From Balanoglossus misakiensis (Eukaryota; Animalia; Hemichordata): a stretch of 64,000 nucleotides of DNA. The position numbers were made by a program, and so were the translations under genes. Position 1 is the first letter of the stretch, and every line of letters starts with the position of its first letter. Shown one piece after another: positions 20,083 to 33,900 of the stretch. The stretch covers positions 14,261,834 through 14,325,833 of the forward strand of contig CM082579.2 in NCBI GenBank assembly GCA_040954595.2, written 5' to 3'. Below the pieces are notes generated by a model, which did no database searches, was not told where the DNA came from, and saw only the letters and a list, made by a program, of their open reading frames with translations.

Positions 20083-22050
20083 CAATACGCCAACCTTTAA
20101 AATATTACTTTAGAAAGTTTGTATTCATACTTTCTTCAAGTTGTCATAACGCTAACCCGAAATGTGTTTTAGTATTGCCTTTGTATTAATGGGCTAGATT
20201 CATGGCGTTATATGTCATAAATTAAAAAGACAACCCTTATTGTTTTTGATAATATTTATGTCGGAGAATCCACAATGAAAAATATGTATTTTCAATTTCA
20301 TAACTCAAAATAATTTCCAAATCCATGACCTTATTTTCAACTCCAGTGATCGTACATCCTGAACCTTGTTCCAGTAAATGATTGGTCATTACAGGGTTAA
20401 TGGGCACTCTCCCGTTCTCTTCCTCCGCAGTTTCATTCATGTTCTTGTTTGACGGAAATGGGTGTGACCAGACGCTTGAATGTTTTCATGTGGGTTGAGT
20501 TGTTCATCGGGAACGGCCTCCTGGTGTGTCTGTACAGGTACGCAAGGAGAAACTGCCCACAAGAAGCTGCGAGTGAAACTATTTAAGGTAGTATGTGCCT
20601 CGCGGTCCGAGATTCAGACAAATGATAGTCCTCAAAACTTTTTCAAGTAATTGATTTACTAAAGTGTGTGGTGAGTCTCTTTGAAAACAACAACAATATT
20701 ACTCATCATATTGTAATTTTTTGAAACTATAAAATGAAGTTGACAATGCACCAAACAGATTCTATTTATTTCTTCATGACCATGTTCACCCCAAGGTCAT
20801 ATGGACCTGCAAGTATATGCCAGAGCCAGAGACGACATTACCGAAGCCAGAGTTTAAAGCTTACAGGTCACCCCTTGCCAGCTCATGACTAGCTAAACTG
20901 CCATGGATGCTAAGAGATATATGACTACGGTAACCTGTAGATGGTTTCAGTATGTTTGAAGAAAGTGGTGGCGCACTTTTGGCTACATTTGAAATGGCTA
21001 TGGTACCAGTGGTTGAATTTGCAAAGGTGACCTTTGACCTGGCATCTTTAAAGATATTAAAGAACGATTTACCATTCCTTGTTGTCGTAAAATGACATCT
21101 GTAATAACTTATATTTTATCTGTTCATCTTGAAGTACTATATATTTAAACGCCAATTTTCCATTGCCAATCAAGTTTTTACAAATAAATTGTAATATGCA
21201 TGTTGATTTTACAAAAACTCCTTACTTCCAAGTGAATTCTGTTACACATCACGTAACTATTTTCCCCACGAATTCTTCAGTTGCTAACTCGGAAATTTCA
21301 TATATTGGGCAGAAATTGGATACATTACCCAGCCATTAAAATTACAGTTTTCTATTTTAATTGATCGTCCATAACTTCAAGTACTTTGACTTGACATACA
21401 TTAAAAACATCATGGTGAATAAATAAAAATTATTTGATTATCTAATTGTGCATGTTTACATGGTTTTATTTTAGTATGCTGGGTACTTAATGTCTAATGG
21501 CTCGCTGATTTTATACTGTTCAAGATGACAATCTAATTTTAGTTTTCAGCTGATAATTGAAATCAATGATTCAAAAAAATTGAATTTTGACATGAATAAA
21601 CTTCTTGTTCATGGCAGTTGCTGTGTTTTGTTTCATTTGTATTCAATTTTTGCAAGCATACCATTGAGCACAGTTTGATTTGATTAAACATGTTTATCGG
21701 AAAATTTTGTCATTTGAAATATCTGTTTTTGCGCCCTCTACCATTTGACCAAATGATTCTCTTATTTTGGTGGCCTTTGTCTGTGTATATGAGAATACTA
21801 TAGTACTCTCGCATCGATCATAGTAGAAGTTGAAAACGTCTCTTGCCACGTGGCCTGGAAGAAAGGCGATCTTTAGAGTAAAAAAAACAAATTATCCAGA
21901 TAGGAAGCTAGAAAAGAAGTTGAATCGTTGAAATTTTATTTATTTTATATTGTTAATATCGTTGGTGATGTTGACTGGCCGACAATCTTTGTCACACGAG
22001 TCTTTTCAGGCAGATTAAAACATTGCCTATTCCAGCAATAATCACAACAG
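20083..22050 (+). repeat. ~1.97-kb dispersed duplicate, copy 2 (of 3277-5231)
   Basis: Collinear with 3277-5231. Its 3' ~700 bp is copied again at 24645-25340. Confidence 0.92.
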
Positions 22051-25000
22051 GAGTGTGTCACACAGGAGACAGTTGGGATAATAGTCATAATCTACCTTAG
22101 TTTGTTGTCAACAACCAGATGTGGTCGCATTCCGTGCATCCGTGCATATTTTGGAACAACGACTCTATCGAACAGACGTATTTCAAACACCTTGGAGAAA
22201 AACATCGATGACCAGTGGAATTGACTGTCGCTTGAAATCCGATAGGAATACACCTGTTTACGGTGGACGATACCGACACTCCTCTGCTAACTTAATCTGC
22301 TCTGCTAACTATACCTGCTTTGATTAAGTTGCGTCTAAAAATTTCCTTACAATACAATGTGGGTCTCGACTGTCGGTCCCAACTATAGCGACGACAGCCT
22401 CGGTATGTTTCGCCGATAGCAATCCGGAGATGAAATTTGCATACAGCAATATCTTTCAAGACAAATAATTTATGTCCTAAAGGTATTACTTTTAGTGGTC
22501 TGACGGAGACGTTTTCTGCTGTAACATGCAAAACCTGCGGCGGACCTGAGGTCATGTTGCGAACACTGTAGTTTTGTTACGCCCGCCATCCTTCGGACGT
22601 TTACCTCATCGGGGCTTCTTTGGGGAATCAGCCACGTCCGAAGGGTGAGAGTGTAAATTCTCTCCCTCTCCTTCTCCACCCAACATATTCATAGAGTCAG
22701 AGAGAGGTACCCGGCATATCGTAAACTTAACGAGAGGCATAACGAGACTTTCAACAAGTTTTCCGAGTAACACAAATAGTTCTGGTTTATTACTGGTCAC
22801 ACGTAAGAATTACACGACTCTATCCATGCTCGTTGACTCCCGTCACGGATCTCCGGTGATAATAATGTGATATCAAATTTCACCACCTCTTATTAATACG
22901 TTAGTCAAGTATTATGTCATAAAAGGAACACGTCATCTTAATATTTCTTAAACATGAACTTAGCGCGTGATATCTCTATCTCGTTCTGACATGTATCAAT
23001 TACACAATCTTGTTTACTCTGAGTGAAGTACCTATTTTTTTTGATGATTTTCACCGGTTTTTTTTTTCAAAAATCGACGAACCCATGATTTTTTTCAAAA
23101 TCGACGAAATTTTGAGATTTTGCAGTCGAAAATTTGTCATTTTGTTGATTTTCACCCATGTTTTTTTTAAACAATCGACGAACCCATGATTTTTTTTCAA
23201 AATCGACGAACTTTTGAGATTTGGAAAATCGAAAATTTGTCATTTTTTGATGATTTTCACCCATGATTTTTTTACAAAAATCGACGAACCCATGATTTTT
23301 TTCAAAATCGACGAAATTTTGAGGTTTTGCAAAGTCGAAAATGTTTCATTTTTTGATGATTTTCACCATGTTTTTTTTTAAAAATCAACGAACCCATGAT
23401 TTTTTTTCAAAATCGACGAAATTTTGAAATTTTGCAGTCGAAAATTTGTAAATTTTTGATGATTTTCACCCATGTTTTTTTAAAAAATCAACGAACCCAT
23501 GATTTTTTTCAAAATCGACGAAATTTTGAGATTTTGCAAAGTCGAAAATTCACCCATGTTTTTTTTCAAAAATCGACGAACCCATAATTTTTTTCAAAAT
23601 CGACGAAATTTTGAGATTTTGCAAAATCAAAAATTTGTCATTTTTTGATGATTTTCACCATGATTTTTTTCAAAAATCGACCAAATTTTGAGATTTTGCA
23701 GTCGAAAATTTGTAATTTTTTGATGATTTTCACCCATGTTTTTTTTCTTAAATCGACGAACCCATGATTTTTTTCGAAATCGACGAAATTTTGAGATTTT
23801 GCATTCGAAAAATTGTCATTTTTTGATGATTTTCACCCATGATTTTTTTCAAAAATCGACGAACCCATAATTTTTTTCAAAATCGACGAAATTTTGAGAT
23901 TTCGCAAAGTTGAAAATTTGACATTTGTTGATGATTTTCATGAGCTATAGCCCATGATTTTTTTTTCAAAAATCGACGAACCCATGTTTTTTTTTCAAAA
24001 ATCGACGATATTTTGAGATTTCGCAAAGTTGAAAATTTGACATTTGTTGATGATTTTCATGAGGTATAGCCCATGATTTTTTTTTCAAAAATCGACGAAA
24101 TTTTGAGATTTGCAAAGTCGAACATTGGTCATTTTGATGATTTTCACCCATTTTTTTTTTCAAAAATCGACGAACCCATGATTTTTTTTCAAAATCGACG
24201 AAATTTTGAGATTTTGCAAAGTCGAAAATTTGTAATTTTTTGATGATTTTCATCCATGTTTTTTTTCACAATTCAACGAACCCATGATTGTTTTCAAAAT
24301 CGACGAAATTTTAAGATTTTGCAAGAACCCATGATTTTTTTCAAATTCGACGAAATTTTGAGATTTTGCAAAGTCGAAAATTTGTCATTTTTTGATGATT
24401 TTCACCCATGATTTTTTGCAAAAATCGACGAACCCATGATTTTTTTCCAAAATCGACGAAATTTTGAGATTTTGCAAAGTCGAAAATTTGTCATTTTTTG
24501 ATGATTTTCATCCATGTTTTTTTCTCAAAATTCAACGAACCCATGATTTTTTTCAAAATCGACGAAATTTTGAGATTTTGCAAGAACCCATGATTTTTTT
24601 CAAAATCTCAAAATTTCTTCGATTTTGAAAAAAATCATGGGTTCTTTTAATTGATCGTCCATAACTTCAAGTACTTTGACTTGACATACATTAAAAACAT
24701 CATGGTGAATAAATAAAAATTATTTGATTATCTAATTGTGCATGTTTACATGGTTTTATTTTAGTATGCTGGGTACTTAATGTCTAATGGCTCGCTGATT
24801 TTATACTGTTCAAGATGACAATCTAATTTTAGTTTTCAGCTGATAATTGAAATCAATGATTCAAAAAAATTGAATTTTGACATGAATAAACTTCTTGTTC
24901 ATGGCAGTTGCTGTGTTTTGTTTCATTTGTATTCAATTTTTGCAAGCATACCATTGAGCACAGTTTGATTTGATTAAACATGTTTATCGGAAAATTTTGT

Positions 25001-27935
25001 CATTTGAAATATCTGTTTTTGCGCCCTCTACCATTTGACCAAATGATTCTCTTATTTTGGTGGCCTTTGTCTGTGTATATGAGAATACTATAGTACTCTC
25101 GCATCGATCATAGTAGAAGTTGAAAACGTCTCTTGCCACGTGGCCTGGAAGAAAGGCGATCTTTAGAGTAAAAAAAACAAATTATCCAGATAGGAAGCTA
25201 GAAAAGAAGTTGAATCGTTGAAATTTTATTTATTTTATATTGTTAATATCGTTGGTGATGTTGACTGGCCGACAATCTTTGTCACACGAGTCTTTTCAGG
25301 CAGATTAAAACATTGCCTATTCCAGCAATAATCACAACAGGAGTGTGTCACACAGGAGACAGTTGGGATAATAGTCATAATCTACCTTAGTTTGTTGTCA
25401 ACAACCAGATGTGGTCGCATTCCGTGCATCCGTGCATATTTTGGAACAACGACTCTATCGAACAGACGTATTTCAAACACCTTGGAGAAAAACATCGATG
25501 ACCAGTGGAATTGACTGTCGCTTGAAATCCGATAGGAATACACCTGTTTACGGTGGACGATACCGACACTCCTCTGCTAACTTAATCTGCTCTGCTAACT
25601 ATACCTGCTTTGATTAAGTTGCGTCTAAAAATTTCCTTACAATACAATGTGGGTCTCGACTGTCGGTCCCAACTATAGCGACGACAGCCTCGGTATGTTT
25701 CGCCGATAGCAATCCGGAGATGAAATTTGCATACAGCAATATCTTTCAAGACAAATAATTTATGTCCTAAAGGTATTACTTTTAGTGGTCTGACGGAGAC
25801 GTTTTCTGCTGTAACATGCAAAACCTGCGGCGGACCTGAGGTCATGTTGCGAACACTGTAGTTTTGTTACGCCCGCCATCCTTCGGACGTTTACCTCATC
25901 GGGGCTTCTTTGGGGAATCAGCCACGTCCGAAGGGTGAGAGTGTAAATTCTCTCCCTCTCCTTCTCCACCCAACATATTCATAGAGTCAGAGAGAGGTAC
26001 CCGGCATATCGTAAACTTAACGAGAGGCATAACGAGACTTTCAACAAGTTTTCCGAGTAACACAAATAGTTCTGGTTTATTACTGGTCACACGTAAGAAT
26101 TACACGACTCTATCCATGCTCGTTGACTCCCGTCACGGATCTCCGGTGATAATAATGTGATATCAAATTTCACCACCTCTTATTAATACGTTAGTCAAGT
26201 ATTATGTCATAAAAGGAACACGTCATCTTAATATTTCTTAAACATGAACTTAGCGCGTGATATCTCTATCTCGTTCTGACATGTATCAATTACACAATCT
26301 TGTTTACTCTGAGTGAAGTACCTATTTTTTTTGATGATTTTCACCGTTTTTTTTTTTCAAAAATCGACGAACCCATGATTTTTTTCAAAATCGACGAAAT
26401 TTTGAGATTTTGCAGTCGAAAATTTGTCATTTTGTTGATTTTCACCCATGTTTTTTTTAAACAATCGACGAACCCATGATTTTTTTTCAAAATCGACGAA
26501 CTTTTGAGATTTGGAAAATCGAAAATTTGTCATTTTTTGATGATTTTCACCCATGATTTTTTTACAAAAATCGACGAACCCATGATTTTTTTCAAAATCG
26601 ACGAAATTTTGAGGTTTTGCAAAGTCGAAAATGTTTCATTTTTTGATGATTTTCACCATGTTTTTTTTTAAAAATCAACGAACCCATGATTTTTTTTCAA
26701 AATCGACGAAATTTTGAAATTTTGCAGTCGAAAATTTGTAAATTTTTGATGATTTTCACCCATGTTTTTTTAAAAAATCAACGAACCCATGATTTTTTTT
26801 CAAAATCGACGAAATTTTGAGATTTTGCAAAGTCGAAAATTCACCCATGTTTTTTTTCAAAAATCGACGAACCCATAATTTTTTTCAAAATCGACGAAAT
26901 TTTGAGATTTTGCAAAATCAAAAATTTGTCATTTTTTGATGATTTTCACCATGATTTTTTTCAAAAATCGACCAAATTTTGAGATTTTGCAGTCGAAAAT
27001 TTGTAATTTTTTGATGATTTTCACCCATGTTTTTTTTCTTAAATCGACGAACCCATGATTTTTTTCGAAATCGACGAAATTTTGAGATTTTGCATTCGAA
27101 AAATTGTCATTTTTTGATGATTTTCACCCATGATTTTTTTCAAAAATCGACGAACCCATAATTTTTTTCAAAATCGACGAAATTTTGAGATTTCGCAAAG
27201 TTGAAAATTTGACATTTGTTGATGATTTTCATGAGCTATAGCCCATGATTTTTTTTTCAAAAATCGACGAACCCATGTTTTTTTTTCAAAAATCGACGAT
27301 ATTTTGAGATTTCGCAAAGTTGAAAATTTGACATTTGTTGATGATTTTCATGAGGTATAGCCCATGATTTTTTTTTCAAAAATCGACGAAATTTTGAGAT
27401 TTGCAAAGTCGAACATTGGTCATTTTGATGATTTTCACCCATTTTTTTTTTCAAAAATCGACGAACCCATGATTTTTTTTCAAAATCGACGAAATTTTGA
27501 GATTTTGCAAAGTCGAAAATTTGTAATTTTTTGATGATTTTCATCCATGTTTTTTTTCACAATTCAACGAACCCATGATTGTTTTCAAAATCGACGAAAT
27601 TTTAAGATTTTGCAAGAACCCATGATTTTTTTCAAATTCGACGAAATTTTGAGATTTTGCAAAGTCGAAAATTTGTCATTTTTTGATGATTTTCACCCAT
27701 GATTTTTTGCAAAAATCGACGAACCCATGATTTTTTTCCAAAATCGACGAAATTTTGAGATTTTGCAAAGTCGAAAATTTGTCATTTTTTGATGATTTTC
27801 ATCCATGTTTTTTTCTCAAAATTCAACGAACCCATGATTTTTTTCAAAATCGACGAAATTTTGAGATTTTGCAAGAACCCATGATTTTTTTCAAAATCTC
27901 AAAATTTCTTCGATTTTGAAAAAAATCATGGGTTC
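21355..27935 (+). repeat. Tandem duplication, 3,290-bp period (21355-24644 and 24645-27935)
   Basis: Identical ORFs are offset by 3,290 (22097/25387, 22606/25896). The junction GGGTTC|TTTTAATTGATCG is at 24644/24645. Confidence 0.95.
23034..24644 (-). repeat. Satellite block 1 (reverse orientation; 78-bp core plus a ~25-bp sub-repeat)
   Basis: Reverse complement of the main satellite, with frequent AATCGACGAACCCATGATTTTTTTCA inserts. Confidence 0.93.
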
Positions 27936-30900
27936 GTCGATTTTTGAAAAAAAACATGGGAGAAAATCTTCAAAAAATGGGAATTTTGTCGATTTTTGAA
28001 AAAAAAAATCATGGGTGAAAATCATCAAAAAATGACAAATTTTCGACTTTGCAAAATCTCAAAATTTCGTCGATTTTTGAGAAAAATCATGGGTGAAAAT
28101 CATCAAAAAATGACAAATTTTCGACTTTGCAAAATCTCAAAATTTCGTCGATTTTTGAAAAAAAACATGGATGAAAATCATCGAAAAATGACAAATTTTC
28201 GACTGCAAAATCTCAAAATTTCGTCGATTTTTGAGAAAAATCATGGGTGAAAATCATCAAAAAATGACAAATTTTCGACTTTGCAAAATCTCAAAATTTC
28301 GTCGATTTTTGAAAAAAAACATGGATGAAAATCATCGAAAAATGACAAATTTTCGACTGCAAAATCTCAAAATTTCGTCGATTTTTGAGAAAAATCATGG
28401 GTGAAAATCATCAAAAAATGACAAATTTTCGACTTTGCAAAATCTCAAAATTTCGTCGATTTTTGAAAAAAATCATGGATGAAAATCATCGAAAAATGAC
28501 AAATTTTCGACTGCAAAATCTCAAAATTTTGTCGATTTTGAAAAAAAGTATGGGTTCGTCGATTTTTAAAAAAAATCATGGGTGAAAATCATCAAAAAAT
28601 GACAAATTTTCGACTTTGCAAGAACTTCGAGATTTTCGTCGATTTTTGAAAAAAAAAATCGTGGGGGGGGGGGGAATCATAAAAAAATGACAAATTTTCG
28701 ACTTTGCAAAATCTCAATATATCGTCGATTTTGGAAAAAAAAACATGGGTTCGTCGAAAAAAAACATGGGTGAAAATCATCAAAAAATGACAAATTTTCG
28801 ACTTTGCAAAATCTCAAAAGTCCGTCGATTTTGAAAAAAAACATGGGTGAAAATCTTCAAAAAATGACAAATTTTCGACTTTGCAAAAACTCAAAATTTC
28901 GTCGATTTTTGAAAAAAAATGGGTGAAAATCATCAAAAATGACAAAGTTTCGACTTTGCAAAATCTCAAAATTTCATCGATTTCTGAAAAAAATCATAGG
29001 GGAAAATCATCAAAAAATGACAAATTTTCGACTGCAAAATCTTAAAATTTCGTCAATTTTTGAAAAAAAATCATGGGTAAAAATCATCAATAAATGAAAA
29101 ATTTTCGACTTTGCAAAATCTCAAAATTTCGTCGATTTTTGAAAAAAATCATGGGTGAAAATCATCAAAAAATGACAAATTTTCGACTTTGCAAAATTTT
29201 CAAAAATTCGTCGTTTTTTGAAAAAAAATGGGTTATAGCTTATGAAAGTCATCAACAAATGACAAATTTTCGACTGCAAAATCTTAAAATTTCGTCGATT
29301 TTTGAAAAAAAAACATGGATGAAAATCATCAAAAAATGACAAATTTTCGACTGCAAAATCTCAAAATTTTGTCGATTTTGAAAAAAGTATGGGTTCGTCG
29401 ATTTTTAAAAAAAATCATGGGTGAAAATCATCAAAAAATGACAAATTTTCGACTTTGCAAGAACTTCGAGATTTTCGTCGATTTTTGAAAAAAAAAAATC
29501 GTGGGGGGGGGGGGGAAATCATAAAAAAATGACAAATTTTCGACTTTGCAAAATCTCAAAATATCGTCGATTTTGGAAAAAAAAAACATGGGTTCGTCGA
29601 AAAAAAAACATGGGTGAAAATCATCAAAAAATGACAAATTTTCGACTTTGCAAAATCTCAAAAGTCCGTCGATTTTGAAAAAAAACATGGGTGAAAATCT
29701 TCAAAAAATGACAAATTTTCGACTTTGCAAAAACTCAAAATTTCGTCGATTTTTGAAAAAAAATGGGTGAAAATCATCAAAAATGACAAAGTTTCGACTT
29801 TGCAAAATCTCAAAATTTCATCGATTTCTGAAAAAAATCATATGGGAAAATCATCAAAAAATGACAAATTTTCGACTGCACAATCTTAAAATTTCGTCAA
29901 TTTTTGAAAAAAAATCATGGGTAAAAATCATCAATAAATGAAAAATTTTCGACTTTGCAAAATCTCAAAATTTCGTCGATTTTTGAAAAAAATCATGGGT
30001 GAAAATCATCAAAAAATGACAAATTTTCGACTTTGCAAAATTTTCAAAAATTCGTTGATTTTTGAAAAAAAAATGGGTTATAGCTTATGAAAATCATCAA
30101 CAAATGACAAATTTTCGACTTTGCAAAATCTCAAAATTTCGTCGATTTTGAAAAAAATCATGGTTTCGTCGATTTTTGAAAAAAAACATGGGTGAAAATC
30201 TTCAAAAAATGACAAATTTTCGACTTTGCAAAAACTGAAAATTTCGTCGATTTTTGAAAAAAATAATGGGTGAAAATCATCAAAAAAGACAAAGTTTCTA
30301 TCGAACAGACGTATTTCAAACACCTTGGAGAAAAACATCGATGACCAGTGGAATTGACTGTCGCTTGAAATCCGATAGGAATACACCTGTTTACGGTGGA
30401 CGATACCGACACTCCTCTGCTAACTTAATCTGCTCTGCTAACTATACCTGCTTTGATTAAGTTGCGTCTAAAAATTTCCTTACAATACAATGTGGGTCTC
30501 GACTGTCGGTCCCAACTATAGCGACGACAGCCTCGGTATGTTTCGCCGATAGCAATCCGGAGATGAAATTTGCATACAGCAATATCTTTCAAGACAAATA
30601 ATTTATGTCCTAAAGGTATTACTTTTAGTGGTCTGACGGAGACGTTTTCTGCTGTAACATGCAAAACCTGCGGCGGACCTGAGGTCATGTTGCGAACACT
30701 GTAGTTTTGTTACGCCCGCCATCCTTCGGACGTTTACCTCATCGGGGCTTCTTTGGGGAATCAGCCACGTCCGAAGGGTGAGAGTGTAAATTCTCTCCCT
30801 CTCCTTCTCCACCCAACATATTCATAGAGTCAGAGAGAGGTACCCGGCATATCGTAAACTTAACGAGAGGCATAACGAGACTTTCAACAAGTTTTCCGAG

Positions 30901-33900
30901 TAACACAAATAGTTCTGGTTTATTACTGGTCACACGTAAGAATTACACGACTCTATCCATGCTCGTTGACTCCCGTCACGGATCTCCGGTGATAATAATG
31001 TGATATCAAATTTCACCACCTCTTATTAATACGTTAGTCAAGTATTATGTCATAAAAGGAACACGTCATCTTAATATTTCTTAAACATGAACTTAGCGCG
31101 TGATATCTCTATCTCGTTCTGACATGTATCAATTACACAATCTTGTTTACTCTGAGTGAAGTACCTATTTTTTTTGATGATTTTCACCGGTTTTTTTTTT
31201 CAAAAATCGACGAACCCATGATTTTTTTCAAAATCGACGAAATTTTGAGATTTTGCAGTCGAAAATTTGTCATTTTGTTGATTTTCACCCATGTTTTTTT
31301 TAAACAATCGACGAACCCATGATTTTTTTTCAAAATCGACGAACTTTTGAGATTTGGAAAATCGAAAATTTGTCATTTTTTGATGATTTTCACCCATGAT
31401 TTTTTTACAAAAATCGACGAACCCATGATTTTTTTCAAAATCGACGAAATTTTGAGGTTTTGCAAAGTCGAAAATGTTTCATTTTTTGATGATTTTCACC
31501 ATGTTTTTTTTTAAAAATCAACGAACCCATGATTTTTTTTCAAAATCGACGAAATTTTGAAATTTTGCAGTCGAAAATTTGTAAATTTTTGATGATTTTC
31601 ACCCATGTTTTTTTAAAAAATCAACGAACCCATGATTTTTTTCAAAATCGACGAAATTTTGAGATTTTGCAAAGTCGAAAATTCACCCATGTTTTTTTTC
31701 AAAAATCGACGAACCCATAATTTTTTTCAAAATCGACGAAATTTTGAGATTTTGCAAAATCAAAAATTTGTCATTTTTTGATGATTTTCACCATGATTTT
31801 TTTCAAAAATCGACCAAATTTTGAGATTTTGCAGTCGAAAATTTGTAATTTTTTGATGATTTTCACCCATGTTTTTTTTCTTAAATCGACGAACCCATGA
31901 TTTTTTTCGAAATCGACGAAATTTTGAGATTTTGCATTCGAAAAATTGTCATTTTTTGATGATTTTCACCCATGATTTTTTTCAAAAATCGACGAACCCA
32001 TAATTTTTTTCAAAATCGACGAAATTTTGAGATTTCGCAAAGTTGAAAATTTGACATTTGTTGATGATTTTCATGAGCTATAGCCCATGATTTTTTTTTC
32101 AAAAATCGACGAACCCATGTTTTTTTTTCAAAAATCGACGATATTTTGAGATTTCGCAAAGTTGAAAATTTGACATTTGTTGATGATTTTCATGAGGTAT
32201 AGCCCATGATTTTTTTTTCAAAAATCGACGAAATTTTGAGATTTGCAAAGTCGAACATTGGTCATTTTGATGATTTTCACCCATTTTTTTTTTCAAAAAT
32301 CGACGAACCCATGATTTTTTTTCAAAATCGACGAAATTTTGAGATTTTGCAAAGTCGAAAATTTGTAATTTTTTGATGATTTTCATCCATGTTTTTTTTC
32401 ACAATTCAACGAACCCATGATTGTTTTCAAAATCGACGAAATTTTAAGATTTTGCAAGAACCCATGATTTTTTTCAAATTCGACGAAATTTTGAGATTTT
32501 GCAAAGTCGAAAATTTGTCATTTTTTGATGATTTTCACCCATGATTTTTTGCAAAAATCGACGAACCCATGATTTTTTTCCAAAATCGACGAAATTTTGA
32601 GATTTTGCAAAGTCGAAAATTTGTCATTTTTTGATGATTTTCATCCATGTTTTTTTCTCAAAATTCAACGAACCCATGATTTTTTTCAAAATCGACGAAA
32701 TTTTGAGATTTTGCAAGAACCCATGATTTTTTTCAAAATCTCAAAATTTCTTCGATTTTGAAAAAAATCATGGGTTCGTCGATTTTTGAAAAAAAACATG
32801 GGAGAAAATCTTCAAAAAATGGGAATTTTGTCGATTTTTGAAAAAAAAAATCATGGGTGAAAATCATCAAAAAATGACAAATTTTCGACTTTGCAAAATC
32901 TCAAAATTTCGTCGATTTTTGAGAAAAATCATGGGTGAAAATCATCAAAAAATGACAAATTTTCGACTTTGCAAAATCTCAAAATTTCGTCGATTTTTGA
33001 AAAAAATCATGGATGAAAATCATCGAAAAATGACAAATTTTCGACTGCAAAATCTCAAAATTTTGTCGATTTTGAAAAAAAGTATGGGTTCGTCGATTTT
33101 TAAAAAAAATCATGGGTGAAAATCATCAAAAAATGACAAATTTTCGACTTTGCAAGAACTTCGAGATTTTCGTCGATTTTTGAAAAAAAAAATCGTGGGG
33201 GGGGGGAATCATAAAAAAATGACAAATTTTCGACTTTGCAAAATCTCAATATATCGTCGATTTTGGAAAAAAAAACATGGGTTCGTCGAAAAAAAACATG
33301 GGTGAAAATCATCAAAAAATGACAAATTTTCGACTTTGCAAAATCTCAAAAGTCCGTCGATTTTGAAAAAAAACATGGGTGAAAATCTTCAAAAAATGAC
33401 AAATTTTCGACTTTGCAAAAACTCAAAATTTCGTCGATTTTTGAAAAAAAATGGGTGAAAATCATCAAAAATGACAAAGTTTCGACTTTGCAAAATCTCA
33501 AAATTTCATCGATTTCTGAAAAAAATCATAGGGGAAAATCATCAAAAAATGACAAATTTTCGACTGCAAAATCTTAAAATTTCGTCAATTTTTGAAAAAA
33601 AATCATGGGTAAAAATCATCAATAAATGAAAAATTTTCGACTTTGCAAAATCTCAAAATTTCGTCGATTTTTGAAAAAAATCATGGGTGAAAATCATCAA
33701 AAAATGACAAATTTTCGACTTTGCAAAATTTTCAAAAATTCGTCGATTTTTGAAAAAAAAATGGGTTATAGCTTATGAAAGTCATCAACAAATGACAAAT
33801 TTTCGACTGCAAAATCTTAAAATTTCGTCGATTTTTGAAAAAAAAACATGGATGAAAATCATCAAAAAATGACAAATTTTCGACTGCAAAATCTCAAAAT

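Noticed and set aside
3277-22050. The two ~1.95-kb repeats as LTRs of one giant retroelement
   Set aside because: There are no TG..CA ends, TSD, adjacent PBS or polypurine tract. The real PBS follows a different sequence at 6741.
22097-22800. Short ORFs repeated three times in the spacer
   Set aside because: Their identity results from recent tandem duplication, not conservation. They overlap on both strands and show no recognisable motifs.
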